Sequence record: NC_054920.1
Strand: one strand, 5' to 3'
DNA length: 64,000 nt
Origin: Escherichia phage vB_EcoM_G9062
The notes below the pieces were generated by a model, which was given only the letters and a program-made list of their open reading frames with translations, made no database searches and had not been told where the DNA came from. Shown piece by piece: positions 20,495 through 30,297 of the stretch (position 1 is the first letter of the stretch; every line of letters starts with the position of its first letter). The translations under genes were made by a program, and so were the position numbers.

Positions 20495-20525
20495 ACTATA
20501 CCATAGTCTTGTCAGCTTGTAAACT
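20495..20525 (-). promoter_or_regulatory. T4-type early promoter
   Basis: minus-strand GTTTACA (20525-20519), spacer, GTATAG. Confidence 0.5.
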
Positions 20526-21951
20526 AAAATTTTAATTCATTCGCCAAAGCATCTAACTGAGCTCGAGTGGATTCATTTCTTTGATAGCGATTCTGCTCAG
20601 CCTGAATCTGTTGTGAACCTACTACTTCATTCACTTCAGTTGGAGTAGAATCTTGATCAATTTCTACCCATTTTTGATTTCCTTTTTGAACACCCATCAA
20701 AAACTTATTCCATTTATTCTTATCACCATATCGTGATTTGATTTGCTTAATGAGTTGTTGTTCAGCAGCTGCTAGCTCCTCGGTTTCAATGACCGCAAGC
20801 ATAAAATCGGCTGTTGCTGGAAGACCAGCAGATTCTGCGATATCGCTCATGTTAACATCGGAAGAGTCCCAAGCTTGTTTGCCGACCTGCGCTGCAGTCC
20901 AAAGAACAGTTTCGGTTTCAACAGCAAGAGCACGTAATTCCTCAGCAATGGCTTTAACAGTTGTGTAACTATTTTCTGAGTAAACTCTAATGCGGCAAGA
21001 TTTACAAATACCCAGATAGTCGACAATAATGATTGTTGGAACAAAATTCTTCTTGAGCTTCAATTCGTTTAAAAGTGATCGAAATGTATTAGCGTCTGCT
21101 CCACCAGTAGGATACTGTTTAACGATTAAACGACCAAGAGTAGATTTCTCACGCCATTTTTCCATTTTTCCTTTATACTCAGCGTAAGAAATATGCCCAT
21201 CATCAATGTCATCAAGAGAAACATCAAGCATATTAGCATCAATACGCTTAGCACAGACTTCTTCTGCCATTTCCATGGAAATGTAAAGAACATTATGTCC
21301 GAGCTGCAAATAATCTGCTGCCAATGAACACAATCCTAATGACTTACCAACGTTAACGCCAGCCATTAAAACGTTCAGTGTTCCAGTCTCAGCTCCGCCT
21401 TTAGTAATTTTGTTCAGAATTCTGAGTTTAAATGGAACCTTACGAGCTTTATTCATATAAGATAGCCAACGTGCTTCATAGTCATCCATCCAATCATGGC
21501 CAACGTAGCTATCAAATGAAATTGATAATGCTTGGCGCATGATGTCAGGAATAGCACCTACATCTGGCATTTTCTTATTTCGTTTTTCTGGAGGAAGCTC
21601 AGCATTAGTTTGAATTTCGATTATTTTAGACGTAGCATTAAACATCGCCCTTTGCTGAACATATTTTTCTGTTTCTTTTATTAACCAACTGTGGTCTTCC
21701 GGAGAATCAGCTAGTTTTGAAATAAGTGTTTTTACACCAGAATATTCTGTTTCAGTAAATGAACTATTTTCTAATGCAACATTTAACGCATTAATAGATG
21801 GAACGCTATGATACTCATTGACATGAGATTTAATTAATTTGAATGTATTTTTAGCTGGACCACTTTCAAAATATTCTGAATCCATATATGGCCAAACTTT
21901 TGAAAAATAAGCTTGATCAAATATGAGATGAGAAAGAATAATTTCTACCAC
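20524..21951 (-). CDS. 41: replicative DNA helicase gp41, DnaB-like (475 aa)
   Basis: 475 aa; Walker A GVNVGKS. Confidence 0.9.
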   Translation of the reverse strand: MVEIILSHLIFDQAYFSKVWPYMDSEYFESGPAKNTFKLIKSHVNEYHSVPSINALNVALENSSFTETEYSGVKTLISKLADSPEDHSWLIKETEKYVQQRAMFNATSKIIEIQTNAELPPEKRNKKMPDVGAIPDIMRQALSISFDSYVGHDWMDDYEARWLSYMNKARKVPFKLRILNKITKGGAETGTLNVLMAGVNVGKSLGLCSLAADYLQLGHNVLYISMEMAEEVCAKRIDANMLDVSLDDIDDGHISYAEYKGKMEKWREKSTLGRLIVKQYPTGGADANTFRSLLNELKLKKNFVPTIIIVDYLGICKSCRIRVYSENSYTTVKAIAEELRALAVETETVLWTAAQVGKQAWDSSDVNMSDIAESAGLPATADFMLAVIETEELAAAEQQLIKQIKSRYGDKNKWNKFLMGVQKGNQKWVEIDQDSTPTEVNEVVGSQQIQAEQNRYQRNESTRAQLDALANELKF

Positions 21952-21960
21952 ACTTACTCC

Positions 21961-22323
21961 TTAAAAGAATTTAAACTTTTTCTTTGACCTTTTATTAAAT
22001 GCATCTTGTAGTTGCATTGTAATACATTTTTCTACATGAGGAGCTAACTCAGCTTTTCTTTCTTGGTCAAGAACAGCAAAGTCCATTACGACTTTTCCAT
22101 CAACCCAATCTAATTTTGTCACATACACAATGTGTGTAGAACCATCTTCTAGTTTAATGACAATCTCCTGGATAACATTTTCCATGGCAGATTTAATTAT
22201 CTTAAGAGATTCATTAAAAAGACGTTCTTTTCTTTCTTCTTCCCCCTCCGAAGAGGGGGATTCATCGATAATTTCTAGATCTAAGTCTAAATCATCTTTA
22301 TTCATTAAATTCTTCCATATCAC
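21961..22323 (-). CDS. 40: gp40-like protein (120 aa)
   Basis: size and position between 41 and uvsX. Confidence 0.55.
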   Translation of the reverse strand: MIWKNLMNKDDLDLDLEIIDESPSSEGEEERKERLFNESLKIIKSAMENVIQEIVIKLEDGSTHIVYVTKLDWVDGKVVMDFAVLDQERKAELAPHVEKCITMQLQDAFNKRSKKKFKFF

Positions 22324-23479
22324 TTAACTGTTCGAGGTCAGTTTCTAAATCAGCAGCTGATTTACTTTTACTTTCTGGAGATTTAAATTTTTCAACCTTT
22401 GAGTTAATCAATTCATCAACTTCAGCTTCAACAATTTCATTACTATCAATAGCACCTAACTGATAAGCACGTTTAATAGCATCTCGGAATGGTTGATGCT
22501 TAAATAAAGGACCCCAGAATGTAGTGCAATTGGTATCTTTTGCACGCCAAGATTTTTCTTCGCGAATCATCTCGCCGGTTTCTTCATCAAGAAATTCACG
22601 AGCATACCAGCCATTTTTAGGTTTTACCACAAATCCTAATTCAAGAGCCATATCTAACAATCCAGAATAAGGATCGATGCCACCGTCAAATTTAACATCA
22701 ATAAAGAATTTACTTTTTTCTTTAACGGTACGAGATTTTTCTACATTTAGAACAAATTGATACCCCTGAAGATCAGAACCATCTTTAATCTGGCGCTTAC
22801 CGATAATGAATACAGTATCAGCCGAATACATTACGCCTGTACCACCTGTCATCACGGTTTTACTAAACATTTCAATTGTTTCAATTGTATGGTTAACCGC
22901 AACACATGGAATGTTTTTAATACTAAAATAAGGAGTAACAATACGGAATAATGACTTCAGTGATTTAGCACGAGTCATATCTGCCACAGATTTTTCATTC
23001 AAGGCATCTTCCGTTTCTTTCTTAGAAGCCATATTACCAATTGAGTCGATGAATACTATAACCTTTTCACCACGCTCAATAGCTTCAAGCTGATTCACCA
23101 TATCAATTTTCAGCTGTTCAACTGATTGAATTGGCGTATGAATTACACGTTCCGGGTCAACTCCCATGGATCGCAAATAAGCTGGAGTAATACCAAATTC
23201 GCTATCATAGAATAGACAAACCGCGTCAGGATATTTGTTCAAATATGCCGCAACCATAGTCAAAGACATATTTGATTTAAAGTGTTTAGAAGGCCCTGCG
23301 AAAATAGTTAAACCAGACTGCATACCGCCATCAATCGCACCAGAAATAGCAATATTAAGCATTGGAATTTTTGTACGAATTACATCCTTTTCATTAAAGA
23401 ATTTAGATGTAGTCAGTTCAGCAGTCATTTTAGAAGTGGAAGCTTTAATCAAACGGGATTTTAAATCTGCAATAGACAT
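22298..23479 (-). CDS. uvsX: UvsX recombinase, RecA-like (393 aa)
   Basis: N-terminus MSIADLKSRLIKASTSKMTAELTTSKFFNEKD as T4 UvsX; RecA-fold motifs. Confidence 0.9.
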   Translation of the reverse strand: MSIADLKSRLIKASTSKMTAELTTSKFFNEKDVIRTKIPMLNIAISGAIDGGMQSGLTIFAGPSKHFKSNMSLTMVAAYLNKYPDAVCLFYDSEFGITPAYLRSMGVDPERVIHTPIQSVEQLKIDMVNQLEAIERGEKVIVFIDSIGNMASKKETEDALNEKSVADMTRAKSLKSLFRIVTPYFSIKNIPCVAVNHTIETIEMFSKTVMTGGTGVMYSADTVFIIGKRQIKDGSDLQGYQFVLNVEKSRTVKEKSKFFIDVKFDGGIDPYSGLLDMALELGFVVKPKNGWYAREFLDEETGEMIREEKSWRAKDTNCTTFWGPLFKHQPFRDAIKRAYQLGAIDSNEIVEAEVDELINSKVEKFKSPESKSKSAADLETDLEQLSDMEEFNE

Positions 23480-23556
23480 TCATTTTTTCCATAGGCATCA
23501 TTATATTTTCCTCACTGGTTAAAGATAGAGTAATTATAACACAATAAATTTAGGCA

Positions 23557-24405
23557 TTAATCAACTGCTATTGGATGAATAGCATTAAACTTATGAAATG
23601 CTTCTGATTTTTCTTTACGCGAAACGCACATGCGAAGAACCTTTAATGGCTCGTCTTCTTCACCCAACGATTTTCGTTTTTCAATATTAGAAGTTTTCCA
23701 ACGAGCTTGCTCTGGAAACTCTCTATTGATTTGCTCAAGCGCTCTATTATGTTTAGAATTACTACGAATTGAACTACACCCGCCAGGAGCTTGTGCTTTT
23801 CCAGATACAACTAGATATTTGAACAAGGCCAAATGCGGATAACCTTGATTAATTAAATTGAGAAATGCATACATATCTTCGCATAAATCAATTTTTCCAT
23901 ACCCAATTTGTTCTGTCGTAAGTTTTCCGAGGTCATACCATGTATTCGTGAATCCATATGAATTTTCACGATAATTACCCCAAGATGAAGTAATTTTAAA
24001 AATTGATAGACGAGCATGACCGTGATAATACCCGCAATCCATGGCATCTTCAACATATTGAATCAATTCATAGAACTGTTCACGAGTTAATTGATTAATT
24101 TTATCTACGCGCCGTTTATCGTCTCTCTTTCGTATTGAACTCATACGGATAGTAGTATCATCGTCAATCATCCAGATTCGTTGACCTGCATACATATCAG
24201 TAATTGCTTTACGAGTACCGGCAATTCCATTAACATCATCAGGAATAGTTACAATTTTAGCTCTAGACCCATAGGCATCATAATAAGCTTTTTCTTCGTG
24301 TTCACGCACTATAATATGCGGTTCATAATCAGTCGGAAACATATCAAGGGCAGAAACTGCCCCGACACGTTGATAACTTGGAATTACGAATTGAATCATT
24401 TCCAC
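23557..24405 (-). CDS. GT-A-fold glycosyltransferase (282 aa) at the beta-gt locus
   Basis: N-terminal FVIPSYQR strand and IDDD (DxD) motif typical of GT2-like enzymes; lies between uvsX and 42. Confidence 0.6.
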   Translation of the reverse strand: MEMIQFVIPSYQRVGAVSALDMFPTDYEPHIIVREHEEKAYYDAYGSRAKIVTIPDDVNGIAGTRKAITDMYAGQRIWMIDDDTTIRMSSIRKRDDKRRVDKINQLTREQFYELIQYVEDAMDCGYYHGHARLSIFKITSSWGNYRENSYGFTNTWYDLGKLTTEQIGYGKIDLCEDMYAFLNLINQGYPHLALFKYLVVSGKAQAPGGCSSIRSNSKHNRALEQINREFPEQARWKTSNIEKRKSLGEEDEPLKVLRMCVSRKEKSEAFHKFNAIHPIAVD

Positions 24406-25136
24406 TCACCTTTATAGTCTTTTTTCACAATATGAGTTTCGCCAGTATTCCACCAATGATCAACCAAATAAAAATGACGAGAATATACATGAAGACTTCC
24501 AACATTCCATATAATAGAACCTGCTTTATACTGACGAGTTGAATCGCCTGCATTCAAATCAGATACTAATTTATCTAATACGTATTTTTGCCATGCATAA
24601 TCATTACGGAATCCGAAGACCACGTCATTTGAGCGCATGCTTACTACCGCATTGACTTTCTTATCACGAATCAAGTACTGTACTGTATTAGTACACATGA
24701 AATCTGACATACCATCTTTATTGTAGTCAAATTGCATGGATGGACGAGTATAAATCATGATACCACGTCGAGAATCAGGATTTTGACCAAGTTCAGCTAA
24801 ACACATATCATACTGGGCATAGTTATCTTCTGACCAGATAGCCCAACCATAATTCGAGTTAATTTCGCCTTTAGAAGATGCTACCTGCTGCCAAATCTTT
24901 GGTGTTTCACCTGGAATATCTTTAACAAACAAGCTCTTAGATTTATACCATTCAAGTTCACGCTGAATGTATTCATCATTAAGAGCGCCAAAAATAAACG
25001 GTTCATCTGCTACAAATGATGCGCCAATAATTTCAATAGTTTTAACACCAGTTTTATCAACTACGAAATCTTTTTCTTTTAATGCAAGCCCCAAATGAAG
25101 ACGGATTTCTTCAACTGTCATAGAGTCACTAATCAT
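24396..25136 (-). CDS. 42: dCMP hydroxymethylase gp42 (246 aa)
   Basis: 246 aa; thymidylate-synthase-like. Confidence 0.9.
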   Translation of the reverse strand: MISDSMTVEEIRLHLGLALKEKDFVVDKTGVKTIEIIGASFVADEPFIFGALNDEYIQRELEWYKSKSLFVKDIPGETPKIWQQVASSKGEINSNYGWAIWSEDNYAQYDMCLAELGQNPDSRRGIMIYTRPSMQFDYNKDGMSDFMCTNTVQYLIRDKKVNAVVSMRSNDVVFGFRNDYAWQKYVLDKLVSDLNAGDSTRQYKAGSIIWNVGSLHVYSRHFYLVDHWWNTGETHIVKKDYKGEWK

Positions 25137-25143
25137 TTAAACC

Positions 25144-25293
25144 TCAATTGATACATTCATATTTAACTTGTAACAGTAATAAACTCCAACCTAAAATAAT
25201 AGTTGGAATCATAAGAGGAACCGTTACACTATAGTATATACTTATTATAATCATCAAGATTAAAAGCAACACTGCTATAATTTTGCTTTTCAT
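25144..25293 (-). CDS. small membrane peptide (49 aa), not in ORF track
   Basis: my translation MKSKIIAVLLLILMIIISIYY...; ATG overlaps imm stop (ATGA). Confidence 0.4.
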   Translation of the reverse strand: MKSKIIAVLLLILMIIISIYYSVTVPLMIPTIILGWSLLLLQVKYECIN

Positions 25294-25541
25294 TCCTTCT
25301 CTCTGATGATAATTACCTGATTTGGTTGTGCAGACTTTTTAGTTTCACCCGCAATTGACCAAATAAATGTAATAAACCAACCAATAATTGACCAGTTAAA
25401 CAGTAAAGATGTGAAAAAGATTCCTACTGTCGATTTTGACCCACGCATCAAAGCAATAAACCATGGAAGCATGTATATAATAATAGCCAACACGCCTGAA
25501 ACTAAAACCATAAAAATTGAACCTGCTACTAAAGTTTCCAT
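25290..25541 (-). CDS. imm: superinfection immunity membrane protein Imm (83 aa)
   Basis: 83 aa, two hydrophobic helices, position between 43 and 42. Confidence 0.85.
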   Translation of the reverse strand: METLVAGSIFMVLVSGVLAIIIYMLPWFIALMRGSKSTVGIFFTSLLFNWSIIGWFITFIWSIAGETKKSAQPNQVIIIREKE

Positions 25542-25548
25542 GTTTTCC

Positions 25549-25929
25549 TCACTTAGTCAAATTTTTTACACATGAATTATAAGAATTCACTACATACTCC
25601 ATCGGAGCATTTTTACCGGTACGCCATTGGTAATTATTAGCCCAATTTGCCCAAAGCTCGGCGCAGTAGTTTTCAATTTTTTCTTCGCGTGTAATTACAT
25701 CAGAATTACGATATGCTTGAGCAGATTCATCTGGACGAATAGCCTCGTCAAAATTCGCCTGCATTTGTTCTACTGTCTGTTTTGGAGCTTCTTTATAACA
25801 CTTGACATTAGGATTATAAAACTTGCTTGAACAGTTTACAATTTTTCCTACATCAGACTGATTTACTACCGGTCCTTGAGCTACACAACCAGTAAGACCT
25901 AATGCAATAACCAAAATAGCGATTTTCAT
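25549..25929 (-). CDS. lipoprotein (126 aa)
   Basis: signal peptide with lipobox LTGC. Confidence 0.6.
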   Translation of the reverse strand: MKIAILVIALGLTGCVAQGPVVNQSDVGKIVNCSSKFYNPNVKCYKEAPKQTVEQMQANFDEAIRPDESAQAYRNSDVITREEKIENYCAELWANWANNYQWRTGKNAPMEYVVNSYNSCVKNLTK

Positions 25930-25939
25930 AATAATTTCC

Positions 25940-26176
25940 TCAAATGCAAGTAGTAATTACTCCAGTAGTGCTTATGCAGGTATTACCCATTTGCACACCT
26001 AAAGATCCATTTGTATTCACATGAAGATTATCATCAATTTTAACTGATATTTTACCATTAGTGTGAATAACAGTGCTAGATTCAATCACAGGTTGAGTAT
26101 CATTTTCAACACTAACAAATGGAACTGCTGCTAATGCAACTAAACAAACTGCTAAGCATCCCATAACAATTTTCAT
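25940..26176 (-). CDS. small secreted protein (about 78 aa)
   Basis: likely start MKIVMGCLAVCLVALAA at 26176 after SD GGAG; the longer track ORF runs into the promoter. Confidence 0.5.
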   Translation of the reverse strand: MKIVMGCLAVCLVALAAVPFVSVENDTQPVIESSTVIHTNGKISVKIDDNLHVNTNGSLGVQMGNTCISTTGVITTCI

Positions 26177-26212
26177 TTTATTCTCCAAATCCGTATCAGT
26201 AGTTGATAGTTG

Positions 26213-26243
26213 TATAGTACCATGGAAGAACATTCTTGTAAAC
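26213..26243 (-). promoter_or_regulatory. T4-type early promoter with conserved leader
   Basis: minus-strand GTTTAC (26243-26238), 16 nt spacer, GGTACTATAC, then conserved AACTATCAAC leader. Confidence 0.55.
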
Positions 26244-26330
26244 AGTTTTGTGAAAATTTTTTAGGGAATTCTAAATGTCCAGAATCATCTGTTTTTCATA
26301 AGTATAGATTTATATTACTTGTATGAAAAA

Positions 26331-26346
26331 GGAACCCGGAGGTCCC
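26331..26346 (-). terminator. hairpin downstream of gene 43
   Basis: plus ggaacccggaggtccc; stem with one G-U pair. Confidence 0.3.
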
Positions 26347-26359
26347 TAGATTTATTCTA

Positions 26360-29056
26360 TCAGCCAAACAGGAAGTCTAACGAAGCTTTTTCTTCATAGT
26401 CCATACCTGCCGATTCACACATACCAGCAAGCGGTTTAACAAACGATTTTTGGAACAAAGTTGAGTAGTCAATCCAAGACAGTACATCAGAACGAATTTC
26501 TTTTGGAAGTTCTGTACCCGACGGCCAAGCAATGCACTTATCACCAAATGGATTTCCTTCACGCAATGGAAGAACCATTACCTTATTTCCATCCAAAATT
26601 GGAGCTACACCTAAACCGCTAACAGCTCGACGATAAGTTAGCACACCACGAATATGGAACGGACATTTAAATCCTGGCCAACCTTTATCATCATATTTCG
26701 CTATATCGTTCGCAGTTTTTACTTCAGCAATAACTTTATAGTCAAGTTGACGATATTCTTTCTCGAAGTTCTTGTAATATTCTTGGACAGACTCTTCACC
26801 TTCCTGAAGAATACGACGAATACTTTCTTCGAGAGCTTCTTGGACCGCTTTAGGCGTTGAACTCTGCTGAGTTTCCATACCCATGATTTTTAGATGTGGT
26901 TCAGCAAAACGCTTATCTTCCATATCATAAACGTTCAGAGCATAACGCTTTTTCGCTTTCCAAAATCCACCAACGCCCTTTGAACCAAGTGGAGGGCAAG
27001 AAATAGCTTCACGGTCCATATGCATCAGATGCTCGCGGTTATTCATATAATCACATAACTCACGATATGCAACATCAATCATAGGTTCCATCTTTTTCTT
27101 ACCGAACTGATTCATAAATTCAACCAAATCGTTCTGCTCTTTGAATCGGTCAAGACCAACTTTTTCAATAACTTTATCTACACAAACATATACCGAATCA
27201 GTATCACCTGCTGCAATGAAATCTTCGCCATTAGTTCCGCATACTTTATTCAGATATTCATTAATTTTACGAGCAATCCACTGAATACCAACTTGGCCGA
27301 AAATTGTGATAGCAGTAGCATTTCGCAAATCATAGTAACGGAAATGAATATTACCAAGAGCACCATAAAGACTGTTAATAAGAATTTTACGGTTCAGCTG
27401 ATTTGTGTTAGCAAGTGTAGCCGCTTTTTCACATTCTTCAATCAAACTATTGAGAACAGATTCAGTATAATTCGATAGTTCATTTAAGAAATCATCACTG
27501 AACTTAACATATCGTTCAACTTCTGGTTTAGTTGAACAAGACCCTGCGCCTTTCATAATAATCTTTTTAATAGCTTCGGCATTCATTTCTTCAGCGAACA
27601 TTTTCTTTTTCCAGTCTTTACGCTGGAAAAATACTTTAGCGATTTCCTTTGGAATGATACCTTCTTGGTGCTTATCATACATCCATCCATTCGGAGAGCA
27701 AGAATATTCATCACTTGGCTTAGGAGCTGTTCCTGCGATATATTCATGAATTGGATGAACTTTAAACTGCCCACGAATAGTCTCAGGACTAATGTTAACC
27801 TGACGAATAATGCTAGGATACAGAGACGTCAAGTCAAAACTCATAATGTATCGACGAGCAATCGGTTTAGGTTCAAACACAAATGCACCTGGAAAACTCT
27901 GTTTAACGTGCGAACCTTGTTGAGGAATAACCTTATGTTCACCTTTCAGTGAGTTAAAAATAATAGCATCCCAAGTTTTAATAGGACTCATTACACCAGA
28001 AAAAGGCATTTTAGCGTAATAAGACATACTTAAAACTAGATCGATAAACCCGCGAATTTTATCAATTGCTTGAACTGATTCTACGTCAATGATGTTATAA
28101 CTAATGTATCGTTGATGATTAGTCTCACGAAGTTTATTAATAGGACCATCATACGGTAATTTACCTTTTTTGGTTTCATGTTGAGCAACTGATTCCAAAG
28201 AGAATGACGGCAAATTAGTAAAAGCGAATTTCTTGTACAAATCTAAATAATCAAGAATAGATACGCCATCAATAGAATAAATTTCTTTGCTACCGTACAT
28301 ATTTTGAATTAGTTTAGATTTTACTCGACCGATTGGAGAGAAGCGTTTCATACTACGTTCACCGAGAACCATTTTAACACGATTCATGATATACGGAACG
28401 TCAAATCCCTCAATATTCCAACCAGTAAAAATAGCAGGTCGTTTCTGTTCCCAGAGATTGATATATTCCATGAGCATATCACGCTCATTATCGAATGGCA
28501 TATAAATTACTCGGTCAAGAATTTCTTGAGGAACTTCATCACCACCTTCACAGTCAAGCTTAGCAGCTAACTTTGCATCCCATTTTGATACTGAACCGTA
28601 CATTGAATTCAAAAGGTCGAAAACATAAAAACGATCATCAATTGAATCATAATGAGTGATAGCATCAATTTCATATTCAGCTTTCATTGGATCAGGAAAT
28701 TTATCACCAGTAACCTCAATGTCACAGTTAGCTACACGAACAAATTTTCGGTCATAAACAATTTCTGAACCATACGTATCACTGATATAAGCGAGTTTAA
28801 AATCGTTCATACCAAGAGCTTCGAGACCGATGTCTTCCATTCGCTTCATCCAATCTCGAGCATCTTTCATTGATGGAAATTTTTGAGGAGCGCAATTTTT
28901 ACCATAGATGTCTTTGTACTTTGACTCTTCCTTACAATGTCTAAACATAGTTGGAAGATATTCTACTTCGCGAGTACGTTCCTTTCCATTTTCATCAATA
29001 TAACGTTCAACAATGTTATTTCCGACTGTTTCGATAGAGATATAAAATTCTTTCAT
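26360..29056 (-). CDS. 43: DNA polymerase gp43, family B (898 aa)
   Basis: 898 aa as T4 gp43; exonuclease and polymerase motifs (DIE, YGDTDS). Confidence 0.95.
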   Translation of the reverse strand: MKEFYISIETVGNNIVERYIDENGKERTREVEYLPTMFRHCKEESKYKDIYGKNCAPQKFPSMKDARDWMKRMEDIGLEALGMNDFKLAYISDTYGSEIVYDRKFVRVANCDIEVTGDKFPDPMKAEYEIDAITHYDSIDDRFYVFDLLNSMYGSVSKWDAKLAAKLDCEGGDEVPQEILDRVIYMPFDNERDMLMEYINLWEQKRPAIFTGWNIEGFDVPYIMNRVKMVLGERSMKRFSPIGRVKSKLIQNMYGSKEIYSIDGVSILDYLDLYKKFAFTNLPSFSLESVAQHETKKGKLPYDGPINKLRETNHQRYISYNIIDVESVQAIDKIRGFIDLVLSMSYYAKMPFSGVMSPIKTWDAIIFNSLKGEHKVIPQQGSHVKQSFPGAFVFEPKPIARRYIMSFDLTSLYPSIIRQVNISPETIRGQFKVHPIHEYIAGTAPKPSDEYSCSPNGWMYDKHQEGIIPKEIAKVFFQRKDWKKKMFAEEMNAEAIKKIIMKGAGSCSTKPEVERYVKFSDDFLNELSNYTESVLNSLIEECEKAATLANTNQLNRKILINSLYGALGNIHFRYYDLRNATAITIFGQVGIQWIARKINEYLNKVCGTNGEDFIAAGDTDSVYVCVDKVIEKVGLDRFKEQNDLVEFMNQFGKKKMEPMIDVAYRELCDYMNNREHLMHMDREAISCPPLGSKGVGGFWKAKKRYALNVYDMEDKRFAEPHLKIMGMETQQSSTPKAVQEALEESIRRILQEGEESVQEYYKNFEKEYRQLDYKVIAEVKTANDIAKYDDKGWPGFKCPFHIRGVLTYRRAVSGLGVAPILDGNKVMVLPLREGNPFGDKCIAWPSGTELPKEIRSDVLSWIDYSTLFQKSFVKPLAGMCESAGMDYEEKASLDFLFG

Positions 29057-29059
29057 AGA

Positions 29060-29097
29060 TATTCCTTAGTTTATAGCCCGAGTTATTAGGCTCTTGA
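29060..29097 (-). promoter_or_regulatory. gene 43 translational operator hairpin plus SD
   Basis: mRNA GAGCCUAAUAACUCGGGCUAUAAACUAAGGAAUAUCU before the 43 ATG, as I recall for T4. Confidence 0.5.
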
Positions 29098-29114
29098 TAT
29101 ATTATACTCCAAAT

Positions 29115-29132
29115 AAGGGGCCGAAGCCCCTT
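29115..29132 (-). terminator. intercistronic hairpin, C(UUCG)G loop
   Basis: plus aaggggccgaagcccctt. Confidence 0.45.
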
Positions 29133-29134
29133 GC

Positions 29135-29356
29135 TTAAATTAGTACTATTTGTCGGGTGAAAATTGTCAATCCATCTGCATTAATTGACTTAACGACTGC
29201 AGTAAAGTGTTTTTGTTCTGGGTGAACTAATTTTTGAAATTCTACCTGAAATTTTAGTTGAAGGTTTTCTGGTAAATCGAAAAGTGTTTCTGTTGCAGAA
29301 AGATTATATTTTTCTTTAAGAGACGCCATGTATTCTTGCGGAGTTATAGCAGTCAT
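29135..29356 (-). CDS. hypothetical protein (73 aa) between regA and 43
   Basis: ORF without a clear SD; may not be expressed. Confidence 0.3.
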   Translation of the reverse strand: MTAITPQEYMASLKEKYNLSATETLFDLPENLQLKFQVEFQKLVHPEQKHFTAVVKSINADGLTIFTRQIVLI

Positions 29357-29362
29357 ATTAAT

Positions 29363-29731
29363 TTAATTACCAATCGTATATTTAGGAACGAGTTTCCATT
29401 CATGTTTTTGTTTAAAAGAAATAACTCGGAAGTTATTAGTTAAATCTTTCATAAAAGTTCTTTGACCAGGAACGATTTCAATCAGTCCCCAATCTTCTAA
29501 TAGCCATGCAATCGAATCACGACGAACTTCATCTTCTTCTGTCATTTCAACCTGGCGACCATCCATACGAAGCATTTCTTTAAAATGAACGATATAGTAT
29601 AGTCCTTTTTTCTGAAGAATATGACAGGACTGATACAGAACTTTATCTTTATTATTAGCAATTCCCATACGAGTCAAAGTTTCTTTTACTTTCAGAAAAT
29701 CTTCAGGTTTTTTAAGAGTAATTTCAATCAT
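29363..29731 (-). CDS. regA: translational repressor RegA (122 aa)
   Basis: 122 aa; position between 62 and 43. Confidence 0.9.
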   Translation of the reverse strand: MIEITLKKPEDFLKVKETLTRMGIANNKDKVLYQSCHILQKKGLYYIVHFKEMLRMDGRQVEMTEEDEVRRDSIAWLLEDWGLIEIVPGQRTFMKDLTNNFRVISFKQKHEWKLVPKYTIGN

Positions 29732-29732
29732 T

Positions 29733-30296
29733 TTACCATTCCAATGCTAGTTTTTTGAGTTGTTTCTGTTCTTTTACGTTCTTAGTCACTTCTTTCAAAA
29801 AATCATCCGTGACTAAACCTTTTAGTTCTTTTAATACTAAAGGAAGTTTTCCATTTTTAGTAAGAATTGATTTATAGTTAATTGCATCATTTGTATTAAC
29901 TTGATACCGCTTAGCAAGTAACTTAATAATCAATACTTCGGTGGAATCTTCAACCAGTTTTGCCCATTTACCATATCTTTTACCACGAGGAACTGCAGCC
30001 ATTAGATAATTAAAATGAGCTTCATCACTTAATCCAGAACCGATTAAATTCATAGCATATACAGCTGGCATGCACTCTGGAAATTGTGATAATGCATTTT
30101 CAACCATGAATTTTGAATAATCTTTTTGAGCAATAGAGCATTTAGTTTTATTATTAATAGCTCCAATTATTTCAAAAAATTCATTTTCAGCTTTTTCTTT
30201 AAAAGAATCAGCAGCGGATTGGACAGCTGTCCAATCTTTTGAATACCAAGCAACTTGATGCTCGTTTAATTGAATATCATCTTCAAATAAGCTCAT
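29733..30296 (-). CDS. 62: clamp loader small subunit gp62 (187 aa)
   Basis: 187 aa; adjacent to 44. Confidence 0.85.
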   Translation of the reverse strand: MSLFEDDIQLNEHQVAWYSKDWTAVQSAADSFKEKAENEFFEIIGAINNKTKCSIAQKDYSKFMVENALSQFPECMPAVYAMNLIGSGLSDEAHFNYLMAAVPRGKRYGKWAKLVEDSTEVLIIKLLAKRYQVNTNDAINYKSILTKNGKLPLVLKELKGLVTDDFLKEVTKNVKEQKQLKKLALEW

Positions 30297-30297
30297 A

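Noticed and set aside
29135-29356. 73-aa ORF between regA and gene 43 as a confident gene
   Set aside because: No recognisable SD, and it sits in the region of the gene 43 operator. Kept only as a low-confidence feature.
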